DNA of 58,872 bases, taken from the IMG/VR virus record IMGVR_UViG_3300033997_000206, positions 1 to 58,872 of that record; one strand, given 5' to 3'. The stretch comes from a virus (Duplodnaviria; Caudoviricetes). Shown in pieces: positions 8,308-15,469 of this stretch. The notes under the pieces are model-generated. The model saw only the letters and a list, made by a program, of their open reading frames with translations, ran no database searches and was not told where the DNA came from. Positions within the stretch are counted from its first letter, which is position 1. Each line of letters begins with the position of its first letter. Position numbers and translations under genes: made by a program.

Positions 8308-8844
8308 ATGGCAAACCTGGTTTATGTGGACAATTCCAACGTCTGGATCGAGGGAATGCATGTTGCTGCTTATGCGAACGGGTTGGCACCTGACGTGTGG
8401 GCAGCAGTGCAAAACAAGATCTGCGACCATAGCTGGAAGCTTGATTTCGGGAAGCTTTTCCAGTTTGCAGGTGGAGACAAGGCAGACGTGCGCAAGGCGG
8501 CGCTCTTCGGTTCTCGGCCACCGCAAAATGACTCCGTGTGGGATGCTGCGCGACGCAACGGCTTCCAAGTCACGACCTACGACCGAAACGTCGTAAATCA
8601 TGAAAAGAAGATTGATACGGATATCGTGGCTACGATGATCGAAGATTCCTTCACGGTTCTTCAGCCCGGTGACGAAATCACGCTTGTTGCTGGCGATGCA
8701 GACTATGTTCCGGCCATTGAGAAATTGAAGGCTCGTGGAATTGCAGTCCATGTAGTGTTCTGGAAGCACGCCTCTCGCGAACTCAAGCAAGCAGCAACCA
8801 AATTCGTTGAGCTGGATCCTTACCTCAATCACCTTTCTCGCTAA
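8308..8844 (+). CDS. NYN domain (PIN-like, LabA/DUF88) putative RNase
   Basis: VYVDNSN, EKKIDTDI, LVAGDADYVPAI..LK.RG..V.V motifs; AGGAG RBS. Confidence 0.9.
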   Translation: MANLVYVDNSNVWIEGMHVAAYANGLAPDVWAAVQNKICDHSWKLDFGKLFQFAGGDKADVRKAALFGSRPPQNDSVWDAARRNGFQVTTYDRNVVNHEKKIDTDIVATMIEDSFTVLQPGDEITLVAGDADYVPAIEKLKARGIAVHVVFWKHASRELKQAATKFVELDPYLNHLSR

Positions 8845-9352
8845 CTGGGCAAACGACCTCATCGCCCGGGTCTTGCTGAATCATCAGCATGCTTTTCCGC
8901 GCGAAGGCCAAGGCCAGCCTTGGCGAGATGCTGATTTCGTGCCGCGGCGGGGTGAGAAACTTCGTCGCGTGCAGCCTGCCCAGAGCATGGATGCCGTGAA
9001 TCAGCGCCTCGATCATCTGGCTGTACGTCGTGTTAGCCCAGCCGCAAATCGCTCGCAGGTGCTGGCCAGTTCGCTTCCTGGCTGACAGTCTCATAGGCTC
9101 AGTCCGCGCCACAGATCGGTGAGCTTCTATTTCGTGGCGCGCGATCCTGAACAAAGCATGATGCCCCAGCGCTTCGATGTGGTGAATCATCAGCGTCATC
9201 GCCTCGCCCTGTTCCTCGATTTCGGCCCACTCCATCAGTTCCAGCAGGGCCTGCTTAGTCCCTGGTCGAACCTTCAAGCGCAGGTCTTCTTCCTGCAGGC
9301 GCTCGGCCTTGGCGCGGCGCTTCTCGTCGCGGGCCTGCTGAGACATCGCCAT
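8825..9352 (-). CDS. Hypothetical protein with an internally duplicated RHH-like unit
   Basis: Two similar ~60-aa units, each ending in RHEI; AAGGAGG RBS. Confidence 0.75.
   Translation of the reverse strand: MAMSQQARDEKRRAKAERLQEEDLRLKVRPGTKQALLELMEWAEIEEQGEAMTLMIHHIEALGHHALFRIARHEIEAHRSVARTEPMRLSARKRTGQHLRAICGWANTTYSQMIEALIHGIHALGRLHATKFLTPPRHEISISPRLALAFARKSMLMIQQDPGDEVVCPVSEKGD
9105..9141. repeat. Palindromic motif copy A
   Basis: CGCGCCACAGAT-N12-ATTTCGTGGCGCG; related copies at 18730 and 25716. Confidence 0.8.
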
Positions 9353-9393
9353 ACGGCACCTCCTTCAATCCGCTGGGCGGCAAGTTGAACTGG

Positions 9394-9588
9394 TCACGCC
9401 GCCTTGTTCTTTGCAGCGCGCTTCGGATTTTTCTGCTCAATCTCAAGGTCCATGTCGTTCCAGCCGGCCAGAAACCAGGATCCGTGGAACGTGTGATAGG
9501 CGAATGGGTTGGCCAGCTTGCCGCCACCGTTGCGGCGGCATTCCCGGCCAAGGTAGTAAACGCTGGGGTGATCGCCGTGCTCGCTCAT
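9394..9588 (-). CDS. Small protein, Rmf/CrpP-like pattern
   Basis: YYLGRE...NPF....GSWFLAGW resembles the Rmf/CrpP signature; AGGAG RBS. Confidence 0.55.
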   Translation of the reverse strand: MSEHGDHPSVYYLGRECRRNGGGKLANPFAYHTFHGSWFLAGWNDMDLEIEQKNPKRAAKNKAA

Positions 9589-9591
9589 GGC

Positions 9592-10104
9592 CTACTCCTG
9601 GCGCCGTTGAACGGGGAAGTCGATATCGAACAGGTCGAGGATCCGCACAAGCCGACAGTTGCCGATTCCCAGCTCGGCTATGGTCCGGCATCTGGACTTG
9701 CCGGCGTCACGCAGGGCAATGATCTTGTCGGCCAGGTCGCGGTCCTCCTGACTGGGCTCGGCCTTCACTTTCACTGGCCTGGCAGCCTTCGGCGGACTGA
9801 AGAACCTGAATCCTCCACGCGCCGCTACGCCCCACAGAGCGGTCTTGGTTTCGCCCAGGAGCTTGGCCACTTCACCGCAGGTCATGGTCTTGGCGAGTTC
9901 TGCAATCTGCGCGGCGCGGGCCTTGGCGCGGTGTTTGCGCTCGCCGCCGGGCTCTTGCCTGACTGGCTTGGCCCGCTTTGGCTTTGGTTCAGGGTGCTTG
10001 CGCTGCCGGAATGGCACGTACTGGAAACCCTCAAGCACAACGAGCTGACCGCCAGATGCGAAGAAGGCAGCCTTCGCTGCCTCCAGGTCGATTGATGGGG
10101 TCAT
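9592..10104 (-). CDS. Hypothetical protein with two HTH-like segments
   Basis: AAFFASGG N-terminus; MTCGEVAKLLG and SRCRTIAELGI HTH-like motifs. Confidence 0.75.
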   Translation of the reverse strand: MTPSIDLEAAKAAFFASGGQLVVLEGFQYVPFRQRKHPEPKPKRAKPVRQEPGGERKHRAKARAAQIAELAKTMTCGEVAKLLGETKTALWGVAARGGFRFFSPPKAARPVKVKAEPSQEDRDLADKIIALRDAGKSRCRTIAELGIGNCRLVRILDLFDIDFPVQRRQE

Positions 10105-10868
10105 GCGGCCTTACTCCTCAGCTGTTTTTCGAAGCCGTCGACCAGCAGCTTGAATTCCCAGAGGTCCTGCTCAAGCTGTTCGATGTAGTCGTCATCGCGC
10201 TTGAACTCACGCCACCAGAGCTGGCGGCCAACTGGCTTGAGCAGGGGGCAGTACATCCCGATGTGCCACCACTTCCGGCCGGTGATCCACATGCAGCCTT
10301 GCACCTGGTCGATGACATCACTGGCGTCATTGTCGATGTGGAAGGCGCGGAGCTTGTCCGGCGCCAGGAAGCACTTGTACTCGCTGCCTCCTTCTTCACC
10401 GATGAACCCGTCCGCGCTTGCGCCGAACACGCCGTCGTCTGTTTTGACCAGACCGACCTGCGTAACCAGTAGTCCGGTCTGGATCTCATGCTCCATCCGG
10501 GCTTCCGGCTCCAGTTCGTGGCCGCGGCGCATCTGCCAGGTCTCGAACCCGCCATCGAGCGGGGCGCCGCCGATGCGCTCGACTGCCAGCTCGAAGGCGT
10601 AGGTGAGGGCGGCATTGGACGGCTCGCCGACTTTCTCGCCATCCAGGGCTCGCTGCACAACCTCGGCCTTTGGTGCGGCCTTGTAGCCGGCCAGTTCGCG
10701 CGCCTTGGCCTCGCTGCGGCCGTCCAATATTGCGTCGACGTAGGTGCGCTGCTGGGCGGTGAGCCCGTTCACCTTTGAGCGGGCGGTGCTGAACATGCTG
10801 GCGGTGATCACGCCAGCGCGGGCCTGCAGCCACTCGGGTGAGCCCTGAGTGCAATTGACGATGATCAT
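10101..10868 (-). CDS. YqaJ/lambda-exonuclease family recombination nuclease
   Basis: QGSPEWLQARAGVITAS, MRRGHELEPEAR, GASADG, EYKC, QVQGCMWITGR. Confidence 0.93.
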   Translation of the reverse strand: MIIVNCTQGSPEWLQARAGVITASMFSTARSKVNGLTAQQRTYVDAILDGRSEAKARELAGYKAAPKAEVVQRALDGEKVGEPSNAALTYAFELAVERIGGAPLDGGFETWQMRRGHELEPEARMEHEIQTGLLVTQVGLVKTDDGVFGASADGFIGEEGGSEYKCFLAPDKLRAFHIDNDASDVIDQVQGCMWITGRKWWHIGMYCPLLKPVGRQLWWREFKRDDDYIEQLEQDLWEFKLLVDGFEKQLRSKAA

Positions 10869-11680
10869 TGGCTTGCTCCTGATTGTGGGGCTGCGCTGAG
10901 CTGCGAGCCGCGAGCGCTAACCGCTACCTTCAAGGCCTCGTAGAGCTCGTCGGCCGTTTTCTTGTCAGTGGCCTTCAGGTCTTGGGCGAACTTGACGCCT
11001 GCCTGCCAGACCGCCGTGAGCGAGTCTTTGGAGTCAGCGGCATAGGCCTTAGGTATCCACTCATTCATAAGCTCCCCGATGCTTTGGGGTTGCTCACCGC
11101 CGCCGTTCCCGTCGTTGTCTTCGTTCGTCAGCACGACGTTGAAGATCATCATCGTCAGGTAGCGCCGGGCGTAGCTGTAGGTGGAGCCGTTGGCGTGCAC
11201 GCCGGTCTTGTTGACGCTGCCCTTGATGCCGGTGGAGTCGATTGGCAGGTCTACGTGGTAGCGCTTGGTGTGACCGGCCTCATGCATGCAGTCGCAGACG
11301 GTGCGGATGTGCCCGGCCAGAGGGCTGTCGTCGGTGCCGAACGATAGCGAAAAGCCGTGCAGGGTGTAGGTTGGCGCGATCTTCTTGTCGATCGACTCCA
11401 GGGCCGCGTAGGAACTGTTGGTCTGGCTGTTGTACTTGTCGCGGAACACCGGCCCGATCTCCGACTGGGCGCGCACCATTGCGGCATTGAAGGCGGCCGC
11501 GGCAGAGCGATCGGTGTGCCTCTCGTACATGGCCATCATGGCCTGCATCTTCTCGGTGTCGAACGAAGGGTCGGTAGCGGCGCGCTGGACCATGGTCAGC
11601 ATGGCGGTGGCTTCAGGGGTGGCCGCAGCCGCCGCGATTTGGCGAGACTCGCGGCGCTCGGCGATAGCTGTGGCGGTCAT
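10865..11680 (-). CDS. erf: ERF-family ssDNA annealing protein
   Basis: YAALESI and GSTYSYARRY...EDNDG ERF motif; adjacent to the exonuclease. Confidence 0.88.
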   Translation of the reverse strand: MTATAIAERRESRQIAAAAATPEATAMLTMVQRAATDPSFDTEKMQAMMAMYERHTDRSAAAAFNAAMVRAQSEIGPVFRDKYNSQTNSSYAALESIDKKIAPTYTLHGFSLSFGTDDSPLAGHIRTVCDCMHEAGHTKRYHVDLPIDSTGIKGSVNKTGVHANGSTYSYARRYLTMMIFNVVLTNEDNDGNGGGEQPQSIGELMNEWIPKAYAADSKDSLTAVWQAGVKFAQDLKATDKKTADELYEALKVAVSARGSQLSAAPQSGASQ

Positions 11681-11688
11681 GTCGCACC

Positions 11689-12813
11689 TCAGTAGGTAAT
11701 GGCGATGTTCGGGATCTTGCGCTGGGCGATCAGGGTGACCGCTTGCTTAGCGCAGGCCTCGGGCATGCCGCCGGCAATGAATGCGTCCAGCGCGGCGCGG
11801 TTGATGCTGGCGCGGTGCGCCTTGTCGCGCTCGCGGGCCTCTTGCTGCCGGAGGATTTCGGCTGCTGCTGCATCGGCGCGGCGGCGCTCGTCCTGGCGGG
11901 CTTGCTCGGCCGCTTCTTCCTGTCGGCGCGCGGCGGCCTGGCGCTCTTGCTCCATCCGCTGCTCAGTGGCAACGCGGTCGGCCTCGGCCTGAATGCGAGC
12001 GCGCTCTGCTTGCTCGGCCTGCAACTTGAGCTGGAGGCGCTGGTTCTCGGCTTCGCGCTCTTGGGCGGCAGCCTGGTCGATCAGTTCTTGCTCGCGGCGG
12101 GCGGCGGCTTCACGCTCGGCCTGTTGCGCCTGGGCCACACGCTGGCGCTCAGCCTCGACTGCGGCCTCCTGTGCGAGGCGGATGCGATCTTGCTCCGCGC
12201 GCTCTTCTGCTTCGCGGCGAAGCCGGGCCAGTTCGGCTTGCTCAGCTTCAAACTGCTCGCGCTTCTGCAGCGCTGCCCGCAAGGTGGAAAGAACCTTGTC
12301 CTTTGCGTTTGCCGCCTCGGCTTCAAACTCTTCCCAGTGGGCGCCCAGTTGCATGCCTTCAGCCTCAGCAATCAGGCCTTTGATATGCAGCGAGGACAGC
12401 TCACCTAGGTCGTCAGCAAGCGTCTTGAGCCAGTTCAGGCGGTCGTTGTGGCGGTCGATCCGGGCATCCTCGGCGGCTTCCCACTCGGTGAGCGGCCGGC
12501 GCGTTTCATCCCGCAGCGTGTCCATCTTGGTCACGAAGTCGCGCAGCTCGGCCTCGACCACCTTGGGCATTTCCTTGAGCCGGCGCAGGTAGTCGCGACC
12601 GGGCTTTTCGACCGCGGTCTTCGACTTGCTGACCTTGGCGGCCAGGCTGGCGATGCGCTCGCGGCCCTTGAGGGTGGTCAGATCGGGAACTTCGCCTTCG
12701 ATCTCACCCTTCACCAGGTCGATGAATTGCTGCAGGCCGCCGGCCACGTAGATGGCCGGGGCGTTCGCCTCGCTGATCTCTTCGATAGCGATCAGTTTCT
12801 GTTCTGCGGACAT
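11689..12813 (-). CDS. Conserved coiled-coil phage protein upstream of the recombination genes
   Basis: KGRERIASLAAKVSKSKT N-terminus, long E/R/Q/A coil, IPNIAITY C-terminus. Confidence 0.85.
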   Translation of the reverse strand: MSAEQKLIAIEEISEANAPAIYVAGGLQQFIDLVKGEIEGEVPDLTTLKGRERIASLAAKVSKSKTAVEKPGRDYLRRLKEMPKVVEAELRDFVTKMDTLRDETRRPLTEWEAAEDARIDRHNDRLNWLKTLADDLGELSSLHIKGLIAEAEGMQLGAHWEEFEAEAANAKDKVLSTLRAALQKREQFEAEQAELARLRREAEERAEQDRIRLAQEAAVEAERQRVAQAQQAEREAAARREQELIDQAAAQEREAENQRLQLKLQAEQAERARIQAEADRVATEQRMEQERQAAARRQEEAAEQARQDERRRADAAAAEILRQQEARERDKAHRASINRAALDAFIAGGMPEACAKQAVTLIAQRKIPNIAITY

Positions 12814-12991
12814 TGGGAAAACCTCGCGCCAGGCCGGCGCCGTCAGTTGGAATAGGGAATGCCAGGTCACCCAGGCACGGAGGTACGCTCCAGGCCCTGG
12901 CTGCGGTGGATGGTTGCGCGCTCTCGCCGATTACGCTCCCGGGTGGGTCCGGTTATCCCCGTGGGGCCCGCCGGGCTCGGGTGCGTGTGAT

Positions 12992-13108
12992 TCAGGAAGT
13001 GATGCTGCCGGCCAATGCGCTGGCGAGCATGAAGAAGGTGCAGGCGAAGAGCATGGAGAAAGAGCCGCGCCAGATGACCAGGCGCCGGGCGCGCTGGTAG
13101 CGGGTCAT
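12992..13108 (-). CDS. 38-aa single-TM peptide
   Basis: MTRYQRARR followed by a hydrophobic helix; ATGA overlap with the upstream ORF. Confidence 0.55.
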   Translation of the reverse strand: MTRYQRARRLVIWRGSFSMLFACTFFMLASALAGSITS

Positions 13109-13275
13109 GGCCTGGGCCTCACAGCAATCTGGCCGACCTTGAGAGCCGCGACGATCTCCGGCGGGAGCTTCTGCACCGGCAGTTCTCGCGGCAGGCCCAC
13201 GCCGATGATCTCCAAGCTGCGCTCGATCTGCTCCAGCTGTTCGTCAATCAGGGTTTTAACCGGTGCCGTGCTCAT
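13105..13275 (-). CDS. Hypothetical protein
   Basis: MSTAPVKTLIDEQLEQI; GGGAG RBS; ATGA coupling. Confidence 0.65.
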   Translation of the reverse strand: MSTAPVKTLIDEQLEQIERSLEIIGVGLPRELPVQKLPPEIVAALKVGQIAVRPRP

Positions 13276-13502
13276 GCGACTCTCCCATTTGCGATCTTCC
13301 ATTGCTGGTGATCATCCATGACGAAGCGGTTCAGCCGCTCCTTGAAGTAGCGCTGCTCCTTCAAGTCGATCGCCCCAACGAGGCCGGCAAGGTCGATTGC
13401 AGTGTCGAGCTCGGCCCGAAGCACATCCGTGAACCGCTCCCGCGCCCATTCAAAGCGCGCCTCGATGAAGTCGACAACGTCTTGCCTGGTCTTCTTGTTC
13501 AT
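13272..13502 (-). CDS. Hypothetical protein
   Basis: GGAGG RBS; coupled at both ends. Confidence 0.7.
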   Translation of the reverse strand: MNKKTRQDVVDFIEARFEWARERFTDVLRAELDTAIDLAGLVGAIDLKEQRYFKERLNRFVMDDHQQWKIANGRVA

Positions 13503-13657
13503 GCTGCCTCCGGCTCATCTTGCGCAGCCTTCACCGGGCAGCGCTTCAGGTGTTGCATCAGGGCGAATTGGTTGCATGGCTGAGCCCCGCACCAGGGGCA
13601 TTCGAACGAGTCGTCGTCCGGTTCCAGCCTGTGATCGCCTAGGTACGGGTAGGCCAT
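13499..13657 (-). CDS. 52-aa C2HC zinc-finger-like protein
   Basis: Own translation MAYPYLGDHRLEPDDDSFECPWCGAQPCNQFALMQHLKRCPVKAAQDEPEAA; GGAGG RBS; ATGA overlap. Confidence 0.65.
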   Translation of the reverse strand: MAYPYLGDHRLEPDDDSFECPWCGAQPCNQFALMQHLKRCPVKAAQDEPEAA

Positions 13658-13677
13658 AGTCGCCTCCAGGTGGTGGG

Positions 13678-13797
13678 TTACTTGGTGAAAGCGGCAAGCT
13701 GAAGCGCTTTCATGCGCAGAGCTTTGCGAGCCTTCCGCTGTATGCGGTTTTCAAAGCGACTCTGCTTCTCGAGGCGCCGTGGGCTTTTCGAATACAT
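13678..13797 (-). CDS. 39-aa Arg/Lys-rich peptide
   Basis: MYSKSPRRLEKQSRFENRIQRKARKALRMK; weak GGA RBS. Confidence 0.5.
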   Translation of the reverse strand: MYSKSPRRLEKQSRFENRIQRKARKALRMKALQLAAFTK

Positions 13798-13821
13798 GGC
13801 TTTATCCAGATGGTTGCGTGG

Positions 13822-13893
13822 CCGCATTGGCCAGGCGCCAGGCGCGGGTGACCAAACCCACCGTGAAAGGTGGCCTGGCGCCTGCCAATGCGG
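13822..13893 (-). ncRNA. Bulged RNA duplex H5 enclosing two small hairpins
   Basis: CCGCATTGG-CAGGCGCCAGGC ... GCCTGGCGCCTG-G-CCAATGCGG (minus strand). Confidence 0.6.
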
Positions 13894-13920
13894 TCGAATT
13901 GAAGGGAAGGGGTGAAGCGT

Positions 13921-13947
13921 GAAAGCCCGAGGATTCCCCGGGCTTTC
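13921..13947. terminator. Terminator-like hairpin
   Basis: GAAAGCCCG-AGGATTCCC-CGGGCTTTC. Confidence 0.55.
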
Positions 13948-13957
13948 TTCCATAGGC

Positions 13958-14143
13958 TCAATGGCCTTGCGTCAGAGTCGATAATTTTTGGCGGGACGTT
14001 GACCCCCAGAAAGGCCTTGCCCCGCTGGTACATCGCCAGCGCTCGCTGTGACTGCGCAATGGACCGGTAGGCAGGCCGCTTTCATGATGAGGTTCTGGCC
14101 TCATGTGGCTGAGCGCTGCGCCGATCAGGATGAGAAGGAGCAT
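13958..14143 (-). CDS. Hypothetical protein with hydrophobic N-terminus
   Basis: GGAG RBS; MLLLILIGAALSH. Confidence 0.45.
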   Translation of the reverse strand: MLLLILIGAALSHMRPEPHHESGLPTGPLRSHSERWRCTSGARPFWGSTSRQKLSTLTQGH

Positions 14144-14168
14144 GTGGCACTCCGGTTGGGATGCGGGA

Positions 14169-14390
14169 TGCATCGGTGATTTGATCTGTGCGGAAGGCAA
14201 GCCCCGCTTGGCGCCGACGTCCGCGCCCCGAACAGCCGCGCTCCGGTGATTGCTCACTGCCAGGTCGCGGTCTTGCTTTCTTCCCGAGGTCGCAAACCCT
14301 CGTGTCTCGGCTAGATGCCAGCGCCTTAAAGTTTGCTGGCGGTTCAGATCAAATCCCGATGCACCCTGCGATGGGGAGCAGGGCATCGGG
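14169..14390 (-). ncRNA. Candidate structured RNA: 19/20-nt arms enclosing 156 nt of multi-stem sequence (H4)
   Basis: Arms 14345-14363 and 14169-14188 are complementary with one bulged A; several internal stems. Confidence 0.55.
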
Positions 14391-14413
14391 CCGTCTTTCC
14401 GGCTTTCAGGGAA

Positions 14414-14584
14414 TCACAAGCCTCTCAGTTCCTCATGCCAGTAATAGGCAACTGGGTAGAAATACCTTTGAATATCCAGCCTTACTCCATAGCGGAAAAT
14501 CCCACCGCCAAGCCGTGAGTAGAACTCGGTGGCTGTAATGACTCCCTGTCCGTCTGGAGTTGTCACGCGATCTCCGACACGCAT
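14414..14584 (-). CDS. Small SH3/KOW-like hypothetical protein
   Basis: MRVGDRVTTPDGQGVI...RYGVRLD...HEELR; GGAGG RBS. Confidence 0.65.
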   Translation of the reverse strand: MRVGDRVTTPDGQGVITATEFYSRLGGGIFRYGVRLDIQRYFYPVAYYWHEELRGL

Positions 14585-14606
14585 CGTCTTGCCCTCCAGG
14601 GCGGTT

Positions 14607-14649
14607 GATTTCCCGTCTGGCCCTGTCGCCAAGGCCAGCCAGTGAAATC
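14607..14649 (-). promoter_or_regulatory. Bulged RNA hairpin H3
   Basis: GATTTC-A-CTGGCTGGCCTTG-GCGA-CAGGGCCAGACGG-GAAATC. Confidence 0.65.
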
Positions 14650-14650
14650 G

Positions 14651-14836
14651 TCATGCTGCGAACAACTCGTGCTGCTGTGGCGCCGGCATCAGGTAGGCCA
14701 CCAGCTGCTCTGTCGGCCATTCCGTGACATCGGTCCAGTCTGGATGCATGACCTTGAACACGGTCGGATGCAGCCACTGGCCCTGTTTCTTGTCTGGGCT
14801 GATGCAGAACTTGAAGCCTTGGTCTTTCAGGTGCAT
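14651..14836 (-). CDS. Hypothetical protein
   Basis: GAGGA RBS; WLHP.....HPDWTDVT motif. Confidence 0.7.
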   Translation of the reverse strand: MHLKDQGFKFCISPDKKQGQWLHPTVFKVMHPDWTDVTEWPTEQLVAYLMPAPQQHELFAA

Positions 14837-14852
14837 GTCGTGTTCCTCAGTG

Positions 14853-14894
14853 GATTCCCCCTGATGCGCCCCGCTTGAGGCGCACCGGGGAATC
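14853..14894 (-). promoter_or_regulatory. Bulged RNA hairpin H2
   Basis: GATTCCCC-GGTGCGCCTC-AAGC-GGGGCGCATC-AG-GGGGAATC. Confidence 0.6.
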
Positions 14895-14900
14895 GTCTCC

Positions 14901-15224
14901 TCATGGTTGGATGTCGATCATCCGGGTCAGGCAGCAGGTGCTGGCCTGTCGAATCTCCTGCTCTCTGCGATTCCGAGCCGCGACCGCCAGATGCTTGAAG
15001 GTGGGGTGGTAGTAGCACTCAGGCTTGTGGCCGTCTTTCTTCATGCGCTCCAGTTCGCCAGACTTCACGGCGGCGTTCAGGGCGCTGCGTACTCGTGCCG
15101 GCAGCCCGTTGATGACCAGCCGGAATCGCTCATTGCGAACCATCTGGACGTTTGCCTGATCGGCTGTCAGCTCGCCTTTCTGCATCAGGTCTTGCAGGTG
15201 CTCAACATCGTTCTGCCTGCTCAT
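14901..15224 (-). CDS. First PL-operon hypothetical protein
   Basis: GGAG RBS; VRSALNAAVKSGEL..MKKDGHKPECYYHP. Confidence 0.75.
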   Translation of the reverse strand: MSRQNDVEHLQDLMQKGELTADQANVQMVRNERFRLVINGLPARVRSALNAAVKSGELERMKKDGHKPECYYHPTFKHLAVAARNRREQEIRQASTCCLTRMIDIQP

Positions 15225-15239
15225 GGCTTATCTCCAGTT

Positions 15240-15279
15240 GATTTCCAATGCCGGCTCAGTGAACCGGCATCAGTAAATC
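15240..15279 (-). promoter_or_regulatory. Bulged RNA hairpin H1
   Basis: GATTT-A-CTGATGCCGG-TTCACTGAG-CCGGCATTGG-AAATC. Confidence 0.65.
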
Positions 15280-15457
15280 TTTCTGTCCCATTACCGCCGG
15301 GGTGGCGGGGCGCATTGCATGCCCGGGTCGTTCTCTCGGTTCAGGCGTTTCACCTTCGTCAGCCGTACAGGGTTGTCCCTGTCGTGGGCAGCCTTTCGGG
15401 GCTGTCTGGCGCCGGTCGCCGGTAGAGGCAATGCGGTCTGTTGGTTGTTGCGCTGGC

Positions 15458-15469
15458 TGTTAAAGAGCG
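15458..15469 (-). promoter_or_regulatory. boxA antitermination element (nutL-like)
   Basis: CGCTCTTTAACA on the minus strand, the consensus boxA, ~45 nt downstream of PL. Confidence 0.8.

Noticed and set aside
14189-14344. Possible tRNA inside the long arms
   Set aside because: No TTC loop, no 7-bp acceptor stem with CCA and no cloverleaf spacing
15335-15385. Hammerhead-like core CTGACGA-stem-GAAC in the PL leader (minus strand)
   Set aside because: It has GAAC instead of GAAA, and I could not form convincing stems I and III with an NUH cleavage site; not called without an Infernal search or cleavage assay
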